Shown one piece after another: positions 37,711 to 47,011 of a stretch of 64,000 nucleotides of DNA. The notes beneath the pieces are model-generated. The model saw only the letters and a list, made by a program, of their open reading frames with translations, had not been told where the DNA came from and ran no database searches. The stretch comes from Candidatus Nanoarchaeia archaeon (GTDB lineage Archaea; Nanobdellota; Nanobdellia; Woesearchaeales; WJIZ01). The stretch spans positions 28,784 to 92,783 of the forward strand of contig JANQND010000002.1 in NCBI GenBank assembly GCA_028279765.1, given 5' to 3'. Positions within the stretch are counted from its first letter, which is position 1. Every line of letters starts with the position of its first letter. Made by a program: the position numbers and the translations under genes.

Positions 37711-38724
37711 TCATACGGATCTGCCGACAGACTGTGCAACCGGGCCAAGCTCCTTCATAAGAGCCGAAAACTCCTTTGTACTGATTGTCTGTTCAGCATC
37801 GCTTAATGCTTCCTCAGGATTAGGATGAACTTCCACAAGAAGGCCGTCTGCACCGCAGGCAATAGCTGCCTTAGAAAGAGGATGAACAAAAAGTCGCTTT
37901 CCGCTGCCGTGACTGGGGTCAACGATGATCGGCAGATGGCTTTCCTGCTTAATGAAAGGTATGGCATTCAGGTCAAGGGTATTACGCGAGAATCGGGTAA
38001 ATGTGCGTATTCCTCGCTCGCAGAGGATAATATTTCGGTTCCCCTCATTCATGATATGCTCTGCTGCAAGAAGGAACTCATGAACATCGGCACTCATTCC
38101 CCTCTTCAATAATACCGGTTTATCGCTCTTTCCCACTTCTTTGAGTAAAGGATAATTCTGCATATTGCGTGCACCAATCTGAAGAATGTCAGCATATTCT
38201 GAGACTAATGCAACATCACGTGTATCCATTACCTCTGTAGTGCAGGGAAGCCTCACGCTACTTGCAGCATCAGCAAGGTACTTCAGTCCTTCTTCTCCGA
38301 GTCCCTGAAAATCATGCGGACTGGTGCGCGGCTTGAACGCCCCGCCGCGAAGAATCAAAGCGCCGGATTTCTTCACTGCCTGTGCAGTCTGCAGGATTTG
38401 ATCCTTACTCTCAACAGCGCAGGGACCGGCAGTCACGGATAATTGTTTTCCTCCTATTTTCGCATCGCCAACACTAACCACGGTATTCTGGCTCTTAAAC
38501 TCTCTGCTCACCAGCTTATAGGATTTAGAAGTCGCAACCACCTCATCAACATAGTCAAGAGTGCCAAGCTGCTCCTCATTAATGAGGCTCTCGTCACCTA
38601 CCGCACCAATAACTGTCCGGTCCACTCCTACAGAAACATGCGGCTTTAATCCAATACTCTTTATTTTATCATGGATATGACTAATCTGTTCCTTCGTTGC
38701 TCCTTTTCGCAGGATAATTATCAT
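37711..38724 (-). CDS. aroF: DAHP synthase type I-beta with N-terminal ACT/ferredoxin-like regulatory domain
   Basis: AGPCAVES, GGAFKPRTSP, IGARNMQN and DPSHG motifs. Confidence 0.95.
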   Translation of the reverse strand: MIIILRKGATKEQISHIHDKIKSIGLKPHVSVGVDRTVIGAVGDESLINEEQLGTLDYVDEVVATSKSYKLVSREFKSQNTVVSVGDAKIGGKQLSVTAGPCAVESKDQILQTAQAVKKSGALILRGGAFKPRTSPHDFQGLGEEGLKYLADAASSVRLPCTTEVMDTRDVALVSEYADILQIGARNMQNYPLLKEVGKSDKPVLLKRGMSADVHEFLLAAEHIMNEGNRNIILCERGIRTFTRFSRNTLDLNAIPFIKQESHLPIIVDPSHGSGKRLFVHPLSKAAIACGADGLLVEVHPNPEEALSDAEQTISTKEFSALMKELGPVAQSVGRSV

Positions 38725-38834
38725 GGTAAAGCGCTACAATCTTTCACGGAGTTACATCATCAAAAAAATCAATAGTACAGGTATAAGGGAAAAAAGAAAA
38801 ATATTCAGAGTATCGTTGATCAGACCAGCGCATT

Positions 38835-39644
38835 TTATTTCTTAGCAACTGGCTTCATGTCTTTCCATGCAAGATCAAAGAGGCTCTGAAGAGCTGAGGA
38901 AAAGAATGGCGTATTAACCCAGATGCCCACATCATAGGTAGGGTGAACATCATTATCATTCATTACCATGAAGATAATCTCTTTTCCGTCAACAAGAGTA
39001 AATCGGGCATCAACTGCTGCATTTCGAATTTCTGCAAGACCCCCAAGGTCCTTGATAGCAGGCATGCACTCTTTTGTAATAGGAGCTGCAATGCGTACTT
39101 TCACGCCTCGTTTCTTGAGTTTCTCAAAAATAGGCTTCAGTCCTTCAATTTTTCTGATAAGGCCCTGCGAAGTCGTCATGATGCTGACGCTCTCTTCAGC
39201 ATCCCGGATAGTTAATTCAAGGTGATTATACAGGTTATGCCGTCCGCGAATGCTTCCGGAAAGATCAGAAGGCTCAACAAGCTCAACTCCCTGTTTATGA
39301 AGTGCATTAAGCTCCTGAATAACATCAGTTCCTTTCAGCTCTTCAAGCCGTTTTGACCGCTCCTGTGCTTCCTTATGCACATTCTTCTTTACGCGCTCAA
39401 GCACTTCGCTTGGCTCAACAGCTATATACTTAATAGGCTTGCCTAACTTCATTACAACGAAGCCTTTTTTCTCAAGGCTTTCCAGAACATCGTAACTTCG
39501 TGAACGTGGGACATTCGCAATATCAGAAAGTTCTCCTGCAGTAGACACTCCTCGCGAGAGCAATGCAGACCAGATCTTTACCTCATAGAGATTAAGCCCA
39601 AAATAACGGCGAAGCTTAGCTAAAAATTCATCTTTTACAATCAT
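38835..39644 (-). CDS. TrmB-family (TrmBL2-like) regulator or chromatin protein
   Basis: FGLNLYE...VPRSRSYDVLESLEKKGF winged helix plus C-terminal effector-like domain. Confidence 0.9.
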   Translation of the reverse strand: MIVKDEFLAKLRRYFGLNLYEVKIWSALLSRGVSTAGELSDIANVPRSRSYDVLESLEKKGFVVMKLGKPIKYIAVEPSEVLERVKKNVHKEAQERSKRLEELKGTDVIQELNALHKQGVELVEPSDLSGSIRGRHNLYNHLELTIRDAEESVSIMTTSQGLIRKIEGLKPIFEKLKKRGVKVRIAAPITKECMPAIKDLGGLAEIRNAAVDARFTLVDGKEIIFMVMNDNDVHPTYDVGIWVNTPFFSSALQSLFDLAWKDMKPVAKK

Positions 39645-39921
39645 TTTCTATCTACCCCCCTTTTAATAACAAAAAATGTTTCTTGTTATTAAGGAGTAAT
39701 CAAAAACTACTACTATTAATATATTACTATTTTTTACCATGTAGTAGTATATTAACCTTCAATAAGGTACAAGTGTTTTTTACTTCAAAGTAAATACACT
39801 TTAGTAAATCAACTCATTCTCATATATAAAGATTTAGATGGCAGAAGGGATATGTTTGGTATAAAAGACGGACATTGGAGTAAAAACAATCTTTTTAAAA
39901 GATATTCGACTCTTCTTTTAG

Positions 39922-40881
39922 ATGTCATCGACACTTATCATCACACCTGCATATATCCCCGCCGAATCGCATTTGGGGTATCTAGATGATGCAATCAATA
40001 GCGTAACTAGGCTAACAGATGATGTAGTACACCTAGTAGTTGCTGATGGATCGCCTATAGATCCGCAGGATACAGTCAACTCTTATTCTGACTCTAGAAT
40101 TAGATTATATAAGAGAGATCGTGCTGAAAACGATCTGCATACTTCATCAAATTCACTAAACCAGGTGATAAATAGTATTCTTGATGGATCAAACAAAGCA
40201 ATCGGAGGAGATGAAGAAATAAAGTACTTAACCATTTTAAGCTATGATGATGTCATGGTAAATCTAAAAAGCAGAGTTGAGACGCTATCCTCTCCTGATA
40301 CTGTAGTTTCAGTTTCTGACTTGATAACTTTTGAAGGAGAGTTCTACGCTAAGAGAAAGAAAGTAAAGAGTACCAACCCTCAAGAATACATTGAAAGAGG
40401 AAGGATAGCTGGGTTGAATCACACTTCTGCGGTGTTGGCTCTTGATTTCGTAAAAGAAATGAAAAAATACATACAATCAGAACAGGGGAAAGAGGATATT
40501 TTCCCCCCGGATATATGCTATGGAGAGGATCGGGCAGTGGGCAAACTAATGATTTACTTAGTAGACAAGATGAAGAAAATAATTTCCTATGTCCCCGAAG
40601 TAGGAATGCTTCATCGAAGAGATCCGATGTCGTTGAGTTCTCGGTTAGATTCTAGGAAAGTTGAGCAAGATAGAAAAGTTGTTGACGAACTCTATTATCC
40701 TAGTAGAAGAAGCAAAATAACAAATTCAACCCTATTTAGACAATTATATTTCAATACCATTAGACCTAACCATTCTATGCTAAGAAAAATATGGGGAAAG
40801 GTTTCTTCCAAAGAAGAAAGAGAATTTGTTCGAGAATTCTTCGCTGATCTGCATAAGGTAAATGGTAAACCTAAACTTTAA
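39922..40881 (+). CDS. Divergent GT2-like glycosyltransferase
   Basis: IITPAY, VVADGS, LSYDD and GED motifs of the GT-A fold. Confidence 0.65.
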   Translation: MSSTLIITPAYIPAESHLGYLDDAINSVTRLTDDVVHLVVADGSPIDPQDTVNSYSDSRIRLYKRDRAENDLHTSSNSLNQVINSILDGSNKAIGGDEEIKYLTILSYDDVMVNLKSRVETLSSPDTVVSVSDLITFEGEFYAKRKKVKSTNPQEYIERGRIAGLNHTSAVLALDFVKEMKKYIQSEQGKEDIFPPDICYGEDRAVGKLMIYLVDKMKKIISYVPEVGMLHRRDPMSLSSRLDSRKVEQDRKVVDELYYPSRRSKITNSTLFRQLYFNTIRPNHSMLRKIWGKVSSKEEREFVREFFADLHKVNGKPKL

Positions 40882-41926
40882 ATCTCAGCAACGCGCCAAC
40901 ACCGCCAAGACCATCCAGCTTCTTACCTCCTTCATGGGCAGAAGAAACGATATGCACCTTTGCCTGTGACTGGTCTGCGGTTTTCATAGCTGCCTCAAGA
41001 ACATAAAACGAATTCTCCGCACGGCATTTCTGAATAAAGGCATCCGAAACCAACAATATTCCAATAGCACCGGAAGATGCTGCAGAAGAAACTTCTTTCA
41101 GGCCATAGGCTGCCTTTCCGTCTGAGCTAATCTCTTTCAGCAGTTGTTCCACGAGAAGTAATTCTTTAGCAGTCCGATCTAAGGACAGCACGGACTGTAC
41201 CTCATCACGTTTCAATAATTCTGTAATTCCGCTCTTGTCAACAGAAGAACAAGTAGCCAAAACCATTTTCTTCTTGAGAGAATCATCATTGAGGTTTTTC
41301 AAAAGCTCATCCTTCCAGAATGCAGGGCTGCCAAGAACAACAGAATCCAGGGAAAGCCGCTTATCATACTCTGATATTTGTGCAATAATCTCTGCATAAA
41401 AATTAGTAATCTTGCCGCTCTCCATATCTTTCTTTGCCACATTGCCCTTTAATTGAGCAAGTAACTCATATCCGTACTTCTTCATTAAAGCAAAAAGTGC
41501 CTCTTCCCGATCAAACACTACTAACAAGATAGTAGAGATTTTAGAGGAAAAAGATTCCTCCATTCGGTCTTTTTGATAGCCAAGCCATTCTTTTGTAATC
41601 GTAAGAGTAGTATTCTCCTCAATTGTAATACTCTGATGTTCTCCCTTTGCAACATCATCTGTCCCTTCTTCAACTGTTCCCAATACGCGCAAAGAAAGCT
41701 GGCTTTCAGAAAACTCTGCCTGTTCAACACGAATCGTTACAAAAAGTGCTTTCTTAACCACCTTAGACGAGCGATCCGTCTCTCCCCCTATCTTGATCTT
41801 GCGAAGAGCCTTGCCACTAACCAAATCTCCTTTTTCGATAACCTGGCTCAAATACCATAAGTCATCTGCATTCTCTGTCTGTACCTTCGCATATCCTTTG
41901 CGAAAGTTCACATCTAGTTTTTTCAT
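40871..41926 (-). CDS. pelA: mRNA surveillance / ribosome rescue factor Pelota
   Basis: DDLWYLSQVIEKGD and HEGGKKLDGLGGVGALLRF motifs; start moved to ATG 41926 (GGTG upstream). Confidence 0.95.
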   Translation of the reverse strand: MKKLDVNFRKGYAKVQTENADDLWYLSQVIEKGDLVSGKALRKIKIGGETDRSSKVVKKALFVTIRVEQAEFSESQLSLRVLGTVEEGTDDVAKGEHQSITIEENTTLTITKEWLGYQKDRMEESFSSKISTILLVVFDREEALFALMKKYGYELLAQLKGNVAKKDMESGKITNFYAEIIAQISEYDKRLSLDSVVLGSPAFWKDELLKNLNDDSLKKKMVLATCSSVDKSGITELLKRDEVQSVLSLDRTAKELLLVEQLLKEISSDGKAAYGLKEVSSAASSGAIGILLVSDAFIQKCRAENSFYVLEAAMKTADQSQAKVHIVSSAHEGGKKLDGLGGVGALLRFKV

Positions 41927-41936
41927 ATGTGCACCA

Positions 41937-42063
41937 CTACTACTAACAGCCAAAAGTCAAAACTCTACTGGCTTTCTTCCTGGTTCGTCGCGAGGGGTTG
42001 GTCCCTTCGTGAACGCAGAACCCTCTATTACAACTACTGGAGTTTTGAAGCTGTTAGTAGTAG
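41937..42063 (+). ncRNA. Candidate rod-shaped structured RNA or inverted-repeat element, unclassified
   Basis: Nested stems CTACTACTAACAGC/GCTGTTAGTAGTAG, TCAAAACTC/GAGTTTTGA, GGTTC/GAACC and TCGCGAGGGG/CCCTTCGTGA; two G-U pairs favour the + strand. Confidence 0.5.
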
Positions 42064-42139
42064 AGGAAAACCAAAACTTTATATATAAACATATTCATTT
42101 TTTAACTCTACAATAGAGAATACTATACCGAGGCATAAA

Positions 42140-43336
42140 TTGAAGCGAAAATCTCAATCTGGCACAAATGCAGCAATTCTAATCGCAATCATCTCCGCAC
42201 TTATCATTCTCTACATTGTCTTTCTCCCAACTGATGAACGCCTGGAACTCATTGGAGAAAATGACACCAATGGAAACAATGACGATGATAACGGAGGAAA
42301 GCTACTGGTAGAGGATACCGAAATCATCATGGAGCATTTCAAGGAAGATGAAATTGAATATGACCTTCCCTCTGTAAATCTGTACACAAAAACAGGCGCA
42401 GAAAACATAGTCTCAGAAAATGCTATCTATGTGAAGAGCAGCGCTTTTGAACAGGAGTCAAAGGAAATTCCCTTCACCATTGACGATCCAGGCAACACAG
42501 AGAATGTCATTCTGAGCTTCTTTGCAAAAAAGAACAAAGGAAGATTAATGATCACACTTAACGGAAGAGAGATCTATAATAGTGAGATTTCACAAGTCAA
42601 TGTTGATCCAATCAGGCTCCCCAAGAGCCTGCTTGCGGAAAAAAATGATCTCAAGTTGGAGGTTTCGGGAGTTGGGGCTGCGTTCTGGGCAACCAATGAA
42701 TTCCTATTAGAAGGAGTAAAGATAACCGCTGATGTAACGGACCTATCTGCAACAGAGTCAGAGCTTACCTTTGTGGTACCCAAATCAGAAGCAAATAATA
42801 TTGATGAGGCAAGGTTAAGGTTCGTTCCGGAATGTCAGCCAGAAAGGGTAGGCATACTTGATATCGAATTAAATAATAGAGAAATCTTCTCCGCAATTCC
42901 CGATTGCGGCAATCCCAGGCCACTGGACTTCTCACCAAATCTCATCAGACAAGGGGAAAACACCCTTACCTTCAAAACAGAAGAGGGAAGATATCTTATT
43001 GATAGAATCAGGGTGACAACCGAGCTTGAAGAGACTCCCTCATTTACGTACTTTTTTGATCTTGATGAAGACGACTTTGAAGATATTCAAAACGAAGACA
43101 AAGTGGTAAATGTTACGCTTCATTTTGTTGATGATGATGAGGATAAAGAAGCAGAATTTATTATCAATGGCGGCCTGGGAAAGCGGTCTATGCGGCGCCA
43201 TGATGATGCGAAATGGAGTGTTACCCTTATTAAAGATCATCTGGAAGAAGGCTCAAATTCAATCAAGATCATCCCTCAAACACGTCTGGAAATCCGCAAG
43301 CTTCAGATTCGTCTTGTCAACAAGGATGATGATTGA
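42140..43336 (+). CDS. Surface protein with class III (pilin-type) signal-like N-terminus and repeated acidic beta-sandwich modules
   Basis: MKRKSQ followed by a hydrophobic helix; three units of the form L.I.LN.REI...L..G.N.L. Confidence 0.6.
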   Translation: MKRKSQSGTNAAILIAIISALIILYIVFLPTDERLELIGENDTNGNNDDDNGGKLLVEDTEIIMEHFKEDEIEYDLPSVNLYTKTGAENIVSENAIYVKSSAFEQESKEIPFTIDDPGNTENVILSFFAKKNKGRLMITLNGREIYNSEISQVNVDPIRLPKSLLAEKNDLKLEVSGVGAAFWATNEFLLEGVKITADVTDLSATESELTFVVPKSEANNIDEARLRFVPECQPERVGILDIELNNREIFSAIPDCGNPRPLDFSPNLIRQGENTLTFKTEEGRYLIDRIRVTTELEETPSFTYFFDLDEDDFEDIQNEDKVVNVTLHFVDDDEDKEAEFIINGGLGKRSMRRHDDAKWSVTLIKDHLEEGSNSIKIIPQTRLEIRKLQIRLVNKDDD

Positions 43337-43427
43337 GCAGAGCTTTTTCTAAAAAAGAGGAAACAGCATTATGGTATTCAACTGGCTCAAGAATAAGGCG
43401 CAGACAGAAAGTTGGAGAAGGTGCTAA

Positions 43428-45950
43428 TTGGTAAAACAAATACTGAAAAGAACCGCCGACGGGTTTGCTGATCGATTTGTTCCCACCAGGTCAGTAGGGG
43501 AAGGAAAAAAAGGAACTACAAGTTTGGCATTCATTTTTCTTGCCATGGTGGTAAACTACTGGATTGACAGAAAATCGAGTGGAGGCTTTCTTGGTTTTGA
43601 TTTCACTTATTTTAACGCAATAATATTTGGTGGAGACTGGTTCACACTCTACAATGTGCTGCATTTTAACATATTTTTCCTCATTTTGGTGTTCGCGCTC
43701 TTTAACCTAAGAGGAAGGGACCCTCATATCCTTAGAGTCTGGTTGAGTCTAATACTCATCCTCTATTTGCTCAGTGCGATTCCTGTATTGAACACTTACA
43801 TGGGCATAAAGAGCGGATTAGAACTGTTATTGCTGCTCTTAAGTGCCTTTCATCTCAGCTTTTATTACACCACAAAAGAAGACTTCATCTCAACAGTGGT
43901 ATTATTTTGGGTATTCTACAATTTATGGATGTTTGGGATTGCATCAGTAGGATTCTTATCAGGACTTGCTCATTTTTTGTATGTGGTTCTCTTTTACATC
44001 ATTTTTTGTACAGGATCAAAGTACCAAGCAGATCGGGTAAAGATAAAATGGTGGCTCTTGATCATTATTCTCTTCGACTTTTTCCTCCCGCAGCTGCTCG
44101 CAAACGCGTTTCCTAATCTTCCGATCGATGCGCTTCCCTTCTTAACACTGGGCACGATTTTTTTCGCCCAGGCCTACGAACCCTCGACACTAACGGTATT
44201 TATGATCATTGGATTTACTGCGTTCTATTTCTTTCAGCTTGCAAGCGCAACCGACCAGTACAATCTCATCCTGCCGGGAAGAAACGTCGATCCCGACCAG
44301 GTTGAAAACCGAACAGAGGTGATTAAATTCTGGAAGTGGATCCCTGAGAGGGTAAGGGAGTGGACTGATCGTTCCGTCAAACTCGGTGCTGGCCACGATT
44401 ACTATGCGGGGCAGGTAGACGAGAATGCAAAAAAGAACCTTGGAGTCTACCTTGAAGGGCTGGATGATAATACCCGCCTTCATTTTGATAATGAAAGAAT
44501 TGTCCTTGACGCTACTCTTACTGCACAGAATTTTGCAGCTGAAGAGGAAGATCCCTTTTACGAGAGCCTTAATATAGAAGTGGAATGCTCTGCCTACAAA
44601 GGAGATGAGTTCGTTCTAAAAGGAAAAGTGTATCCCCAACAAGTATACCAGATTGAAAGTTTTGATATTGAGAACCTGCAGTGTATTTTTGATCCCTGGC
44701 AGCTAGACAAAGGAAGGTATACCATTCGATTTGAAGCAACCTTCAATTTCAAGACCCAGTCCTATTTGAAAAGATATTTCGTCTCAGAAGAGCTTATTGA
44801 TTCACTAAGAAGGAGACAGCTCATACAGCAAGACATAGATATTCTCAAGTTAAATAAGATCAATGAAATAAAGCCTAAAGTACAGAACAGTGTGGGTCCT
44901 GTCCAGGTAAAAGCATCGGACAGGATTCCTTCTGTTATAAAAATTGATAGCAGCCAGGATCGAAAGCAGTTATTCGGTATTCAGTTATTTAATGAGTGGG
45001 AAGGGGACATAAAAAGAGTAAAGGACATACAGCTCTATCTGCCTAAGGGAATCGTGCTGGATAAAGCAGAAGGGAATGTAAATCACTGTACCTATAGGAT
45101 GGAGCCCGCCTCTATCTTAGATCCTGAGAACTTCGCAGACTATACAGGATATAAGCTGCAGGACATCACTCATCCTGATCTTAAAAATATCGAAAGAGAC
45201 ATCCGGCAGACGTGTGGATTACTGCTTGAAAAGGGTCAGGCACAGAACATCCTGCAGCCAGGAGATGTTACTACTCGCTATTTCAGGATGATTACTGAAT
45301 ACGAGTACACGCTCAAGGAGGAGACTGCAATTGATATTAGAGAGCCTATCGATTTTAGGGTAGAAATTCTCTCTTCAGATGGTAAACAAGTACAGTCTGA
45401 TAAGGCGATCGAATGTGTCGCAAAAGACGGTAAAAGGTTAGAAGGAAACGCAGATTTTGCTCTTTATATCAATGACGTCAAGATCAGTGAAGAAAGTAAC
45501 GCTTGTAGCGAGGATCCCTATGAATGCAGGCAGTTCTTCAGTTACAGGCCTTCCAAGGGAGATGTGATAAAATGTGAAGCGACTATGGGAATCCCGGGAG
45601 AGGAGAACTATGAAAATGCAGAGTCCTATGTCACTGTTCAAAATGCTCCTCCTGAAATCGCTTCTTTGGCCTTCGAGTATCAACAGTACAATAAAGGAGA
45701 TAATGCGGTATGTACAGTTCAGGTGCAAGACCCGGATAAAGACATTATCACTGTTCGGTTTGACTATGAAGGAATTTATCTTGCCCCAACACAAAAAGAA
45801 TGCAATCAAAAGTGCAGCATCGAAATTCCCACTCAAGATATTGATACTGACTCTACCATTACGTGTAAAGCAAGAGCCTATGATGGTACTGATTCAAGTA
45901 ACGAGCACACTGCATCAAGTTCGATTGTAATTCCGCAGGCACAAATATGA
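43428..45950 (+). CDS. Large polytopic membrane protein with extracellular beta-rich and Ig-like domains
   Basis: About 8-9 N-terminal TM helices, then a soluble region with GVYLE...GPVQV...YEY similar to the downstream lipoproteins, then Cys-paired Ig-like repeats. Confidence 0.65.
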   Translation: MVKQILKRTADGFADRFVPTRSVGEGKKGTTSLAFIFLAMVVNYWIDRKSSGGFLGFDFTYFNAIIFGGDWFTLYNVLHFNIFFLILVFALFNLRGRDPHILRVWLSLILILYLLSAIPVLNTYMGIKSGLELLLLLLSAFHLSFYYTTKEDFISTVVLFWVFYNLWMFGIASVGFLSGLAHFLYVVLFYIIFCTGSKYQADRVKIKWWLLIIILFDFFLPQLLANAFPNLPIDALPFLTLGTIFFAQAYEPSTLTVFMIIGFTAFYFFQLASATDQYNLILPGRNVDPDQVENRTEVIKFWKWIPERVREWTDRSVKLGAGHDYYAGQVDENAKKNLGVYLEGLDDNTRLHFDNERIVLDATLTAQNFAAEEEDPFYESLNIEVECSAYKGDEFVLKGKVYPQQVYQIESFDIENLQCIFDPWQLDKGRYTIRFEATFNFKTQSYLKRYFVSEELIDSLRRRQLIQQDIDILKLNKINEIKPKVQNSVGPVQVKASDRIPSVIKIDSSQDRKQLFGIQLFNEWEGDIKRVKDIQLYLPKGIVLDKAEGNVNHCTYRMEPASILDPENFADYTGYKLQDITHPDLKNIERDIRQTCGLLLEKGQAQNILQPGDVTTRYFRMITEYEYTLKEETAIDIREPIDFRVEILSSDGKQVQSDKAIECVAKDGKRLEGNADFALYINDVKISEESNACSEDPYECRQFFSYRPSKGDVIKCEATMGIPGEENYENAESYVTVQNAPPEIASLAFEYQQYNKGDNAVCTVQVQDPDKDIITVRFDYEGIYLAPTQKECNQKCSIEIPTQDIDTDSTITCKARAYDGTDSSNEHTASSSIVIPQAQI

Positions 45951-46939
45951 AAAAAATAGTCCTCCCTCTGATATTCGTATGCTTTGTATTCATTATTGGG
46001 TGCGACACTAATTCAGGAGAGGGGGCAACGCAGGTAGAGTTGCAGAAAGGAAGTAAAGGGTTAACCATAGACTTCCTCAAACAAGGAGTATCAGATCAGA
46101 TCCGTGAAGGAGAGACAGTCTTAGTTCCCTTTGAAATACGCAATGAAGGGTTCTATGATATCCGTCAGGGAATCCTCATACCGGCAGTTGAGCGGGACAT
46201 CGTTGAAATCGAGTCATGGGATTATTCTGTGAATATGCAGGTGCAATCGGATCAAACACTGCTCTATGATCTGAAAGGAAAGTCGCTTGCTAATACAAAA
46301 GGAGAGATGCAGGTAGCCTCTCTTATCCTTAAGGCGAAGAGCATCGATGATACGAGAAATAAAGTTGAATCGAGAATCGTATTCAATACCTGTTATCCTT
46401 ATGCTACTGTATTTTCAGATACGCTCTGTATTGACACCGACCCCCATGGAGTGAGCATTGCTGAGAAAACATGTAAAGCAAGAGACCTCTCCTCATCTGG
46501 TCAGGGGGCACCCGTTGCTGTAACGAAAGTAGAGCAGAAAATACTCCCCGGGAAAACAAAAGAAAGCATAGGGATTGAGTTCACCATTCATGCGGAAAAC
46601 AAGGGAAAAGGGATCGTAACTAATCATGAAAGATACAGGGAAATCTGTTTGGGGAGAAGTGCAGAAAAAGAAGATTTTAATGCTCTCTCTTTGGAGCGTT
46701 TGCAGTTCTCCGGACACGAGTACATAAGAGGAAGAGATTCAGACATGGAATGTGCCCCTAACCCGGTAAGGGAGACAAAAAAAGGCTTCGTAATAAGGTG
46801 CGCTACAAAAGATGAAAATGCGATCTCGAAAAGCAGGCTCACCTTTGAGACCCCTATAGTAATCGAGCTATCCTACGGATATAAAGAAGCAGTCTCATCA
46901 GAAATTCAGATACTCAACGATAATGAAGAATTGTCCTAA
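45947..46939 (+). CDS. Uncharacterised lipoprotein, paralog 1 (CYxY / GAPV family)
   Basis: Lipobox FIIGC; GSKGLTIDF, CYPYAT..CID, SGQGAPVAVT, NKGKG and LSYGY. Confidence 0.75.
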   Translation: MKKIVLPLIFVCFVFIIGCDTNSGEGATQVELQKGSKGLTIDFLKQGVSDQIREGETVLVPFEIRNEGFYDIRQGILIPAVERDIVEIESWDYSVNMQVQSDQTLLYDLKGKSLANTKGEMQVASLILKAKSIDDTRNKVESRIVFNTCYPYATVFSDTLCIDTDPHGVSIAEKTCKARDLSSSGQGAPVAVTKVEQKILPGKTKESIGIEFTIHAENKGKGIVTNHERYREICLGRSAEKEDFNALSLERLQFSGHEYIRGRDSDMECAPNPVRETKKGFVIRCATKDENAISKSRLTFETPIVIELSYGYKEAVSSEIQILNDNEELS

Positions 46940-47011
46940 GAAGAAAAGACGATTGAATTCAACAAAACTTTTATATAACAAAATTTGAATGAATAAGCCA
47001 GTACCGATAAA

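Noticed and set aside
41937-42063. Possible SRP RNA or RNase P RNA
   Set aside because: No CAGG-GNRA-AGCA helix-8 motif on either strand, no RNase P conserved regions, and too short
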